64,000 nt of DNA from the human T2T-CHM13v2.0 reference genome, Homo sapiens. The position numbers were made by a program, and so were the translations under genes. This document shows positions 1 to 12,780 of this stretch, piece after piece. The stretch lies in NCBI RefSeq assembly GCF_009914755.1, contig NC_060933.1; one strand, written 5' to 3'. The number at the start of each line of letters is the position of its first letter. Position 1 is the first letter of the stretch. Under the pieces are notes generated by a model. The model made no database searches and was not told the origin of the DNA. It was given only the letters and a program-made list of their open reading frames with translations.

Positions 1-250
1 TTTATTCCATTCCATTCCATTGTATTCCATTCCATTCCCTTCCTTTCCATTCCATTCCATTCCATTCCATTCCATTCTATTCCGTTCCGTTCCACTCCAT
101 TCCATTCCATTCCATTCTATTTGGTTAATTCCATTCCATTCCATTCGATTGCAATCGAGTTGATTCCTTTCCATTCCATTCCATTCCATTCCATTCCATT
201 CCATTCCTTTCCATTCCATTACGGATGATTCCATTCAATTGCATTCCATT

Positions 251-410
251 CCATTCCTTTCCCCTGTACTCGGGTTGATTCCATTCCATTCCATTCCAAT
301 CCATGCCATTCCACTCGTGTTGATTCCATTCTTTCCATTCCATTCAAGTTGAATCCATTCCATTGCATTCCATTCCATTCGATTCCATTCGATTGCACTC
401 GGGTTGATTC
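251..410 (+). repeat. ~160-bp pHuR98-like SatIII module (first of ~30 copies)
   Basis: CCCCTGTACTCGGGTTG...CAATCCATGCCATTCCACTCGTGTTGATTCCATTCTTTCCATTCCATTCAAGTTGAATCC...TTCGATTGCACTCGGGTTGATT. The core recurs near 2010, 4300, 15168, 16056, 16694, 18222, 20912, 23438, 24516, 25348, 26197, 27715, 30395, 32302, 34798, 36242, 37070, 37927, 39661, 40484, 42446, 43594, 44471, 44950, 48456, 53001, 56572, 57450, 60832, 63260. Identity with pHuR98 is from memory only. Confidence 0.7.
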
Positions 411-1645
411 CATTCCTTTGCATTCCATTCCATTCCATTCCATTCCATTCCATTCCATTCCATTCCGTTCCATTCCATTTCATTACATTCAGATTTATTC
501 TATTCAATTCCCTTACACTCCATTATATTCCAATCCATTCTGGTTGTTTCCATTCCATTCCATTCCATTTCACTCCTTTCCATTGCACTCGGGTTGATTC
601 CATTCCATTCCATTCCATTGCATTCCATTCCAGTCCATTCCGGATGATTCCATTCCATTGCATTCCATTCCATTCCATTCCCCTGCACTCGGGTTGATTC
701 CATTCCATTCCATTCCATTACATTCCGTTCCATTCCATTCCATTCCATTCGGATTGATTCTATTCAATTCCCTTACACTCCATTACATTCCATTCCATTC
801 GGGTAGTTTCCATTCCATTGCATTCCATTCCTCTCCATTCCATTGCACTCGGGTTGATTCCATTCCATTGCATTCCATTCCATTCCATTCAATTCCATTC
901 CGTTCCATTCCATTCCATTACATTTGGATTGATTCTATTCAACTCCCTTGCTCTCCATTACATTCCATTCCATTCGGGTTGTTTCATTCCATTCCATTCC
1001 ATTCCACTCCATTCCATTGCACTCGGGTTGATTCCATTCCATTCCATTCCATTCCATTCCATTCCATTATGGAAGATTCCATTCCATTGCATTCCATTCC
1101 ATTCCATTCCCCTGCACTCGCGTTGATTCCATTCCATTCCATTCTATTCCATTCCATTCCCTTCCTTTCCGTTCCATTCCATTCCATTCCATTCCATTCC
1201 ATTCCGTTCCGTTCCATTACATTCCATTCCATTCTATTCGGGTTAATTCCATTCCATTCCATTCGATTGCAATCGAGTTGATTCCATTCCATTCCATTCC
1301 ATTATATTCCATTCTATTCCTTTCCATTCCATTACGGATGATTCCATTCCATTGCATTCCATTCCATTCCATTCCCCTGCACTGGCGTTGATTCCATTCC
1401 ATTCCATTCCATTCCATTCCATTCCTTTCCGTTCCATTCCATTCCATTCCATTCCATTCCATTCCAATCCATTCCATTCCGTTCCGTTCCGTTCCATTCC
1501 ATTCCATTCCATTCTATTCGGGTTAATTCCATTCCATTCCGTTCGATTGCAATCGAGTTGATTCCATTCCATTCCATTCCATTCTATTCCATTCCATTGC
1601 AACCGAGTTGAATCCGTTGCATTTCATTCCATTCCATTCCATTCC

Positions 1646-1660
1646 ATTCCGGAAGATTCC
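1646..1660. promoter_or_regulatory. Perfect 3-unit heat-shock element aTTCc-gGAAg-aTTCc (first of ~32 copies)
   Basis: ATTCCGGAAGATTCC matches nTTCn-nGAAn-nTTCn, the canonical HSF1 trimer site. The motif match is directly visible; occupancy is not shown. Confidence 0.55.
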
Positions 1661-4439
1661 ATTCCATTGCATTCCATTCCATGCCATTCCCCTGCACTCG
1701 CGTTGATTCCATTCCATTCCATTCCATTCCATTCCATTCCATTCCATTCCGTTCCGTTCTGTTCCATTCCATTCCATTCCATTCCATTCCATTCCATTCC
1801 GTTCCGTTCCATTCCATTCCATTCCATTCTATTCGGGTTAATTCCACTCCATTCCATTCGATTGCAATCGTGTTGATTCCATTCCATTCCATTCCATTCC
1901 ATTCCATTCCATTCCATTCCTTTCCATTCCATTACGGATGATTCCATTCCATTGCATTCCATTCCATTCCATTCCCCTGTAATCGGGTTGATTCCATTCC
2001 TTTGCATTCCAATCCATGCCCTTCCACTCGTGTTGATTCCATTCTTTCCATTCCATTCAAGTTGAATCTTTTCCATTGCATTCCATTCCATTCGATTCCA
2101 TTCGATTGCACTCGGGTTGATTCCATTCCATTGCATTCCATTCCATTCCATTCCATTCCATTCCATTCCGTTCCATTCCATTCCATTACATTCGGATTGA
2201 TTCTATTCAATTCCCTTACACTCCATTACATTCCATTCCATTCGGGTAGTTTCCATTCCATTCCATTCCATTCCTCTTCATTCCATTGCACTCGGGTTGA
2301 TTCCATTCCATTGCATTCCATTCCATTCCATTCCGTTCCATTCCATTACTTTCGGATTGATTCTTTTCAACTCCCTTACTCTCCATTACATTCCATTCCA
2401 TTCGGGTTGTTCCATTCCATTCCATTCCACTCCATTCCATTGCACTCGGTTGATTCCATTCCATTCCATTCCATTCCGGATGATTCCATTCCATTGCATT
2501 CCGTTCCATTACATTCCCCTGCACTCGGGTTGATTCCATTCCATTCCATTCCATTCCATTCGATTCCATTCCATTCCCCTGCACTCGCGTTGATTCCATT
2601 CCATTCCATTCCATTCCATTCCATTCCATTCCATTCCATTCCTTTCCGTTCCATTCCATTCCATTCCATTGCATTCCGTTCCGTTCCGTTCCATTCCATT
2701 CCATTCCATTCTATTCGGGTTAATTCCATTCCATTCCATTCCATTGCAATCGAGTTGATTCCATTCCATTCCATTCCATTCCATTCCATTCCATTCCATT
2801 CCATTCATTTCCATTCCATTACGGATGATTCCATTCCATTGCATTCCATTCCATTCCATTCCCCTGTACTCGGGTTAATTCCATTCCATTCCATTCCATT
2901 CCATTCCATTCCGTTCCATTCCATTACATTCGGATTGTTTCTATTCAACTCCCTTACTCTCCATTACATTCCATTCCATTCGCGTTGTTCCATTCCATTC
3001 CATTCCATTCCACTCCATTCCATTGCACTCGTGTTGATTCCATTCCATTCCATTCCATTCCATTCCATTCCAATCCATTGTACTCGGTTTGATTCCATTC
3101 CATTGCATTCCATTCCATTCCATTCCATTCCTTTCCATTCCTTTCCATTACATTCGGATTGATTCTATTCAACTCCCTTACTCTCCATTACATTCCATTC
3201 CATTCGGGTAGTTCCATTCCATTCCATTCCATTCCATTCCACTCCATTCCATTGCACTCGTGTTGATTCCATTCCATTCCATTGCATTCCGTTCCGCATG
3301 ATTCCATTCCATTGCATTGCATTCCATTCCATTCCCCTGCAGTTGGGTTGATTCCATTCCATTCCATTCAATTCCATTCCATTCCATTCCATTCCGTTCC
3401 ATTCCATTCCTTTCCGTTCCATTCCATTCCATTCCATTCCATTCCATTCCATTCCGTTCCGTTCCGTTCCGTTCCATTCCATTCCATTCCATTCTATTCG
3501 GGTTAATTCCATTCCATTCCATTCGAATGCAATCGAGTTGATTCCATTCCATTCCATTCCATTCCATTCCGTTCCATTGCATTCCATTCCTTTCCATTCC
3601 ATTACGGATGATTCCATTCCATTGCATTCCATTCCATTCCAATCCATTGTATTCGGGTTAATTCCATTCCATTCCATTCCATTCCATTCCATTCCATTCC
3701 ATTCCATTCCATTACAATCGAGTTGATTCCATTGCATTCCATTCCATTCCATTCCATTCCAGTCCTTTCCATTCCATTCCACTCGGGTTGATTCCATTCT
3801 ATTAGTTTCCATTCCATTCCATTCCCTTCCATTCCACTCTGGTTGATTCCATTCCTTTCCATTCCACTCGAATACATTCTCTCCTATTCCACTCGGAACG
3901 ATTCCATTCCATTCCATTCCATTCCATTCCATTCCATTCCATTCCATTCCGGTTGATTCCATTCCATTGCAATCCATTCCATTCCATTCCCCTGCACTCG
4001 CGTTGATTCCATTCCATTGCATTCCATTCCATTCCGTTCCGTTCCGTTTCATTCCATTCCATTCCATTCCGTTCCGTTCCGTTCCGTTGCATTCCATTCC
4101 ATTCTATTCGGGTTAATTCCATTCCATTCCATTCGATTGCAATCGAGTTGATTCCATTCCATTCCATTCCATTCCATTCCATTCCATTCCATTCCATTCC
4201 ATTCCTTTCCATTACATTACGGATGATTCCATTCCATGGCATTCCATTCCATTCCATTCCCCTGTTTTCGGTTTGATTTCATTCCATTCCATTCCATTCC
4301 ATGCCATTCCACTCCTGTTGATTCCATTCTTTCCATTCCATTCAAGTTGAATCCATTCCATTGCATTCCATTCCATTCGATTCCATTCTATTGCACTCGG
4401 GTTGATTCCATTCCATTGCATTCCATTCCGTTCCGTTCC

Positions 4440-7400
4440 ATTCCATTACTTTCGGATTGATTCTATTCAATTCCTTTACACTCCATTCCATTCCATTCCA
4501 TTCGGGTAGTTTCCATTCCATTCCATTCCATTCTTCTCCATTCCATTGCACTCGGGTTGATTCCATTCCATTCCATTCCATTCCATTCCATTCCATTCCG
4601 GATGATTCCATTCCATTGAATTCCATTCCATTCCATTCCCCTGCACTTGGGTTGATTCCATTCCATTCCATTCCATTCCTTTCCGTTCCAATCCATTCCA
4701 TTCAATTCCATTCCATTCTATTCGTGTTAATTCCATTCCATTCTATTCCATTCCATTCCATTGAAATCGAGTTGATTCCATTCCATTCCATTCAATTCCA
4801 TTCCATTCCGGATGATTCCATTCCATTGCATTCCATTCCATTCCATTCCCCTGCACTCGGGTTGAATCCATTCCATTCCATTCCATTCCATTCCGTTCCA
4901 TTCCGTTCCATTGCATTCTATTCGGGTTAATTCCATTCCATTCCATTCCACTCCATTCCAGTCTTTTCCATTCCATTCCACTCGGGTTGATTCCTTTCTA
5001 TTCCTTTCCATTCCATTCCATTCCATTGCAATCGGGTTGATTCCATTCGAGTTGAATCCATTCCATTCCATTCCATTCCATTACATTGCACACAGGTTCA
5101 TTCCATTCCATTCCATTAAATTCCATTCCACTCCCTTTCATTCCATTCCATTCCATTCCATTCTATTCCGTACCATTCCATTCCATCCCATTCCATTCCA
5201 TTCCATTCCATTCCATGCCATTACACTCGGGTTGATTCCACTCCTTTCCATTCCATTCTTGTTGAATCCATTCCATTCCATTCCATTCCATTCGAATCCA
5301 TTCCATTGCACTCGGGTTGATTCCATTCCATTCCATTCCATTCCATTTCATTCCATTCCATTCCATTACATTCGGATTGATTCTATTCAATTCCCTTACA
5401 CTCCATTACATTCCATTCCATTCGGGAAATTTCCATTCCATTCCATTCCATTCCATTCCACTCCATTCCATTGCATTGGGTTGATTGCATTCCATTCCAT
5501 TCCATTCCATTCCGGATGATTCCATTCCATTGCATTCCATTCCATTCCATTCCCCTGCACTCGGGTTGATTACATTCCATTCCATTCCCTTCCATTCGTT
5601 TCCATTCCATTCCACTCCATTGCAATCGAGTTGATTCCATTCCATTCCATTCCATTCCATTCCATTCCATTCCGGATGATTGCATTCCATTGCATTCCAT
5701 TCCATTCCATTCCCCTGCACTCGGGTTGATTCCATTCCATTTCATTCCATTTCATTCCGTTCCATTCCATTCCATTCCATTCTATTCGAGTTAATTCCAT
5801 TCCATTCCATTAAAATTCCATTCCATTCCATTCCATTGCAATCGAGTTGATTCCATTCCATTCCATTCCATTCCATTCCATTCCAATCGATTTGATTCCA
5901 TTGCATTCCATTCCATTCCACTCCATTCCAGTCCTTTGAATTCCATTCCACTCGGGTTGATTCCAGTCTATTCCTTTCCATTCCATTCCATTCCATTGCA
6001 ATCGAGTTGATTCCTTTCGAGTTGAATCCATTCCATTCCATTCCATTCCATTCCATTGCACACGGGTTCATTCCATTCCATTCCATTCCATTTCATTCCA
6101 TTCCATTCTATTCCGTACCATTCCATTCCATCCCGTTCCATTCCATTCCATTCCATGCCATTACACTCGGGTTGATTCCATTCTTTTCCATTCCATTCTT
6201 GTTGAATCCATTCCATTCCATTCCATTATATTCGAATCCATTCCATTCCATTCGAATCCATTCCATTGCACTCGGTTTGATCCATTCCATTCCATTCCAT
6301 TCCATTTCATTCCATTCCCTTCCATTTCATTCGGACTGGTTCTATTCAATTGCCTTACACTCCATTACATTCCATTCCATTCGTGATGTTTCCATTCCAT
6401 TCCATTCCATTCCATTCCATTCCATTCCATTGCATCGGGATCATTCCATTCCATTCCATTCCATTCCATTCCATTCCATTCCGTATGATTCCGTTCCATT
6501 GCATTCAATTCCATTCCATTCCCCTGCACTCGGGTTGATTACATTCCATTCCATTCCCTTCCATTCCTTACCATTCCATTCCATTCCATTCTATTCGGGT
6601 TAATTCCATTCCATTCAACTCCATTCCATTCCATTCCATTCCATTTCATTCCATTCCATTGCAATCGAGTTGATTCCATTCCATTCCATTCCATTCCGTT
6701 CCGGATGATTCCATTCCATTGCATTCCATTCCATTCCATTCCCGTGCAGTCGGGTTGATTCCATTCCATTCCATTCCATTCCACTCCATTCCGTTCGGTT
6801 CCATTCCATTCCATTCCATTCCATTCCATTCTATTCTGGTTAATTCCATTCCATTCCATTCCATTCCATTCCAATCGAGTTGATTCCATTCCATTCCATT
6901 CCATTCCATTCCACTCCATTCCAGTCCTTTGCATTCCATTCCACTCTGGTTGATTCCATTCTATTCCTTTCCATTCCAATCCATTCCATTGCAATCGAGT
7001 TGATTCCATTCGAGTTGAATCCATTCCATTCCATTTCATTCTATTACATTGCACACGGGTTCATTCCATTCCATTCCATTAAATTCCATTCCATTCCATT
7101 TCATTCCATTCCATTCTATTCCGTACCATTCCATTCCATCCCATTCCATTCCATTCCATTCCATTCCATCCCATTGCATTCGATTCCATTCCATTCCATG
7201 CCATTACACTCGGGTTGATTCCATTCCTTTGCATTCCATTCTTGTTGAATCCATTCCATTCCATTCCATTCCATTCGAATCCATTCCATTCCACTCGGGT
7301 TGATTCCATTCCATTCCATTCCATTCCATTTCATTCCTTTCCATTCCATTACATTCGGATTGATTCTATTCAATTCCCTTACACTCCATTACATTCCATT

Positions 7401-10400
7401 CCATTCGGGATGTTTCCATTCCATTCCATTCCATTCCATTCCACTCCATTCCATTGCATCGGGTTGATTGCATTCCATTCCAATCCATTCCATTCCGGAT
7501 GATTCCATTCCATTGCATTCCATTCCATTCCATTCCCCTGCACTCGGGTTGATTACATTCCATTCCATTCCCTTCCATTCCTTTCCATTCCATTCCACTC
7601 CATTGCAATCGAGTTGATTCCATTCCATTCCATTCCATTCCATTCCATTCCATTCCATTCCATTCCATTCCATTCCGGATGATTGCATTCCATTGCATTC
7701 CATTCCATTCCATTCCCCTGCACTCGTATTGATTCCATTCCATTTCATTCCATTACATTCCGTTCCATTCCATTCCATTCCATTCTATTCAGGTTAATAC
7801 CATTCCATTCCATTCCATTCCATTCCATTCCATTCCAATCGAGTTGATTCCATTCCATTCCATTCCATTCCATTCCTTTCCATTCCATTCCAATCGATTA
7901 GATTCCATTCCATTCCATTCCATTCCACTCCATTCCAGTCCTTTCCTTTCCATTCCACTTGGGTTGATTCCATTCTATTCCTTTCCATTCCATTCCATTC
8001 CATTGCAATCGAGTTTATTCCATTCGAGTTGCATACATTCCATTCCATTCCATTCCATTCCATTGCACACGGGTTCATTCCATTCCATTCCATTAAATTC
8101 CATTCCATTCCATTTCATTCCATTCCATTCTATTCCGTACCATTCCATTCCATCCCATTCCATTCCATTCCATTCCATTCCATGCCATTACACTCGGGTT
8201 GATTCCATTCCTTTCCATTCCATTCCTGTTGAATCCATTCCATTCCATTCCATTCCATTCGAATCCATTCCATTGCACTCGGGTTGATTCCATTCCATTC
8301 CATTCCATTCCATTTCATTCCATTCCATTCCATTACATTCGGATTTATTCTATTCAATTCCCTTACACTCCATTACATTACATTCCATTCGGGATGTTTC
8401 CATTCCATTCCATTCCATTCCATTGCATCGGGATCATTCCATTCCATTCCATTCCATTCCATTCCATTCCATTCCGTATGATTCCGTTCCATTGCATTCA
8501 ATTCCATTCCATTCCCCTGCACTCGGGTTGATTACATTCCATTCCATTCCCTTCCATTCCTTACCATTCCATTCCATTCCATTCTATTCGGGTTAATTCC
8601 ATTCCATTCAACTCCATTCCATTCCATTCCATTCCATTTCATTCCATTCCATTGCAATCGAGTTGATTCCATTCCATTCCATTCCATTCCGTTCCGGATG
8701 ATTCCATTCCATTGCATTCCATTCCATTCCATTCCCGTGCAGTCGGGTTGATTCCATTCCATTCCATTCCATTCCACTCCATTCCGTTCGGTTCCATTCC
8801 ATTCCATTCCATTCCATTCTATTCTGGTTAATTCCATTCCATTCCATTCCATTCCATTCCAATCGAGTTGATTCCATTCCATTCCATTCCATTCCATTCC
8901 ACTCCATTCCAGTCCTTTGCATTCCATTCCACTCTGGTTGATTCCATTCTATTCCTTTCCATTCCAATCCATTCCATTGCAATCGAGTTGATTCCATTCG
9001 AGTTGAATCCATTCCATTCCATTTCATTCTATTACATTGCACACGGGTTCATTCCATTCCATTCCATTAAATTCCATTCCATTCCATTTCATTCCATTCC
9101 ATTCTATTCCGTACCATTCCATTCCATCCCATTCCATTCCATTCCATTCCATTCCATCCCATTGCATTCGATTCCATTCCATTCCATGCCATTACACTCG
9201 GGTTGATTCCATTCCTTTGCATTCCATTCTTGTTGAATCCATTCCATTCCATTCCATTCCATTCGAATCCATTCCATTCCACTCGGGTTGATTCCATTCC
9301 ATTCCATTCCATTCCATTTCATTCCTTTCCATTCCATTACATTCGGATTGATTCTATTCAATTCCCTTACACTCCATTACATTCCATTCCATTCGGGATG
9401 TTTCCATTCCATTCCATTCCATTCCATTCCACTCCATTCCATTGCATCGGGTTGATTGCATTCCATTCCAATCCATTCCATTCCGGATGATTCCATTCCA
9501 TTGCATTCCATTCCATTCCATTCCCCTGCACTCGGGTTGATTACATTCCATTCCATTCCCTTCCATTCCTTTGCATTCCATTCCACTCCATTGCAATCGA
9601 GTTGATTCCATTCCATTCCATTCCATTCCATTCCATTCCATTCCATTCCATTCCATTCCATTCCGGATGATTGCATTCCATTGCATTCCATTCCATTCCA
9701 TTCCCCTGCACTCGTATTGATTCCATTCCATTTCATTCCATTACATTCCGTTCCATTCCATTCCATTCCATTCTATTCAGGTTAATACCATTCCATTCCA
9801 TTCCATTCCATTCCATTCCATTCCAATCGAGTTGATTCCATTCCATTCCATTCCATTCCATTCCTTTCCATTCCATTCCAATCGATTAGATTCCATTCCA
9901 TTCCATTCCATTCCACTCCATTCCAGTCCTTTCCTTTCCATTCCACTTGGGTTGATTCCATTCTATTCCTTTCCATTCCATTCCATTCCATTGCAATCGA
10001 GTTTATTCCATTCGAGTTGCATACATTCCATTCCATTCCATTCCATTCCATTGCACACGGGTTCATTCCATTCCATTCCATTAAATTCCATTCCATTCCA
10101 TTTCATTCCATTCCATTCTATTCCGTACCATTCCATTCCATCCCATTCCATTCCATTCCATTCCATTCCATGCCATTACACTCGGGTTGATTCCATTCCT
10201 TTCCATTCCATTCCTGTTGAATCCATTCCATTCCATTCCATTCCATTCGAATCCATTCCATTGCACTCGGGTTGATTCCATTCCATTCCATTCCATTCCA
10301 TTTCATTCCATTCCATTCCATTACATTCGGATTTATTCTATTCAATTCCCTTACACTCCATTACATTACATTCCATTCGGGATGTTTCCATTCCATTCCA

Positions 10401-12780
10401 TTCCATTCCACTCCATTCCATTGCATCGGGTTGATTGTATTCCATTCCATTCCATTCCATTCCATTCTGGATGATTCCATTCCATTGCATTCCATTCCAT
10501 TCCATTCCCCTGCACTCGGGTTGATTACATTCCATTCCATTCCCTTCCATTCCTTTCCATTCCATTCCACTCCATTGCAATCGAGTTGATTCCATTCCAT
10601 TCCATTCCACTCCATTCCATTCCATTCCATTCCATTCCGGATGATTGCATTCCATGACATTCCATTCCATTCCATTCCCCTGCACTCGGGTTGATTCCAT
10701 TCCATTTCATTCCATTACATTCCGTTCCATTCCATTCCATTCCATTCTATTCGGGTAAATTCTATTCCATTCCATTCCATTCCATTCCATTCCGTTCCAT
10801 TCCATTCCATTGCAATCTAGTTGATTCGACTCCATTCCATTCCATTCCATTGCATTCCAATCGATTTGATTCCATTCCATTCCATTCCATTCCAGTCCAT
10901 TCCAGTCCTTTCCATTCCATTCCAGTGGGGTTGATTCCATTCTATTCCCTTCCATTCCATTCCATTCCATTGCAATCGAGTTGATACCATTCCATTCCAT
11001 TCCATTCCATTCCATTCCATTCCATTCCATTCCATTCCATTCCATTTCATTCCATTCCATTCCATTCCGTACCATTCCATTCCATCCCATTCCATTCCAT
11101 TCCATTCCACGCCATTACACTCGGGTTGATTCCATTCCTTTCCATTCCATTCTTGTTGAATCCATTCCATTCCATTCCATTCCATTCGAATCCATTCCAT
11201 TGCACTCGGTTTGATTCCATTCCATTGCATTCCATTCCATTCCATTTCATTCCATTCCCTTCCATTACATTCAGACTGATTCTATTCAATTCCCTTACAC
11301 TCCAATACATTCCATTCCATTCGGGATGTTTCCATTCCTTTCCATTCCATTCCATTCTATTCCATTCCGGATGATTCCATTCCATTGCATTCCATTCCAT
11401 TCCATTCCATTCTATTCCATTCCGGATGATTCCATTCCATTGCATTCCATTCCATTCCATTCCCGTGCAGTCGGGTTGATTCCATTCCATTCCATTCCAT
11501 TCCATTCCATTCCATTCCGTTCCATTCCATTCCATTCCATTCCATTCTATTCGGGTCAACTCCATTCCATTCCATTCCATTCAAATTCCATTCCACTCCA
11601 TTCCAATCGAGTTGATTCCATTCCATTCCTTTCCATTCCATTCCACTCCATTCCAGTCCTTTCCATTCCATTCCACTCGGGTTGATTCCATTTTATTCAT
11701 TTCCATTCCATTCCATTCCATTGCAATCGAGTTGATTCCATTGTTTTGCATTCCATTCCATTCCATTCCATTCCGGATGATTCCATTCCATTGCATTCCA
11801 TTCCATTCCATTCCCCTGCACTCGGGTTGATTCCATTCCATTCCACTCCATTCCGTTCCATTCCATTCCATTCCATTGTATTCGGGTTAATTCCATTCCA
11901 TTCCATTCCATTCCATTCCATTACAATCGAGTTGATTCCATTCCATTCCATTCCATACCATTCCATTCCATTCCATTCCATTCCATTCCATTCCATTCCA
12001 TTCCGTTCCATTCCGTTCCATTCCGTTCCATTCCATTCCATTCCATTCCATTCCGGATGATTCCATTCCATTGAATTCCATTCCATTCCATTCCCCTGCA
12101 CTTGGGTTGATTCCATTCCATTCCATTCCATTCCTTTCCGTTCCATTCCATTCCATTCCATTCCATTCTATTCGTGTTAATTCCATTCCATTCTATTACA
12201 TTCCATTCCATTGAAATCGAGTTGATTCCATTCCATTCCATTCCATTCCATTCCATTGCATTCCGGATGATTCCATTCCATTGCATTCAATTCCATTCCA
12301 TTCCCCTGCACTCGGGTTGATTACATTCCATTCCATTCCCTTCCATTCCTTTCCATTCCATTCCATTCCATTCTATTCGTGTTAATTCCATTCCATTCCA
12401 CTCCATTCCATTCCATTCCATTCCATTCCATTCCCCTGCACTCGGGTTTCTTCCATTCCATTCCATTCCATTTAATTCCATTCCATTCCATTCCATTCCA
12501 TTCCAATCCGTTCCATTCCATTCCATTCCATTCCATTGCAATCTACTTGATTCCATTCCATTCCATTCCATTCCATTCCATTCCATTCCATTCCATTCCA
12601 TTCCATTGCATTCCATGCGATTCCACTCGGGTTGATTCCATTCCTTTCCATTCCATTCGGGTTGAATCCATTCCACTCCATTCCATTCCATTCGAATCCA
12701 TTCCATTGCACTCGGGTTGATTCCATTCCATTCCATTCCATTCGATTCCATTCCGTTCCATTCCATTCCATTCCATTTCA
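4440..12780 (+). repeat. HSat3 subdomain with a ~0.95-1.0 kb higher-order unit (about 7 copies)
   Basis: The marker CCGTACCATTCCATTCCATCCC occurs at 5168, 6113, 7121, 8135, 9109, 10123, 11067 (spacings 945, 1008, 1014, 974, 1014, 944). It travels with private words GCACACGGGTTC, CATGCCATTACACTCGGG, TTCTTGTTGAATCC, CATTCGAATCC, CGGGATGTTTCC. Boundaries are approximate. Confidence 0.85.
6400..10410 (+). repeat. Near-identical tandem duplication, unit 1,988-1,993 bp (~6400-8400 / ~8400-10410)
   Basis: Identical ORF translations at a constant offset of 1988 (6880/8868, 7049/9037, 7844/9832, 8093/10081). TGCATCGGGATCATTCC at 6431 and 8424 gives offset 1993, before a one-pentamer indel. Confidence 0.93.

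Noticed and set aside
750-770. GGATTGATTCTATTCAAT or GGGTTAATTCC as DUX4 sites
   Set aside because: They do not match the TAAYYYAATCA consensus on either strand.
3891-3905. ACTCGGAACGATTCC and TTTGAAGGC words as additional heat-shock elements
   Set aside because: The GAA is out of register with the flanking TTC units, so they do not form nTTCn-nGAAn-nTTCn.
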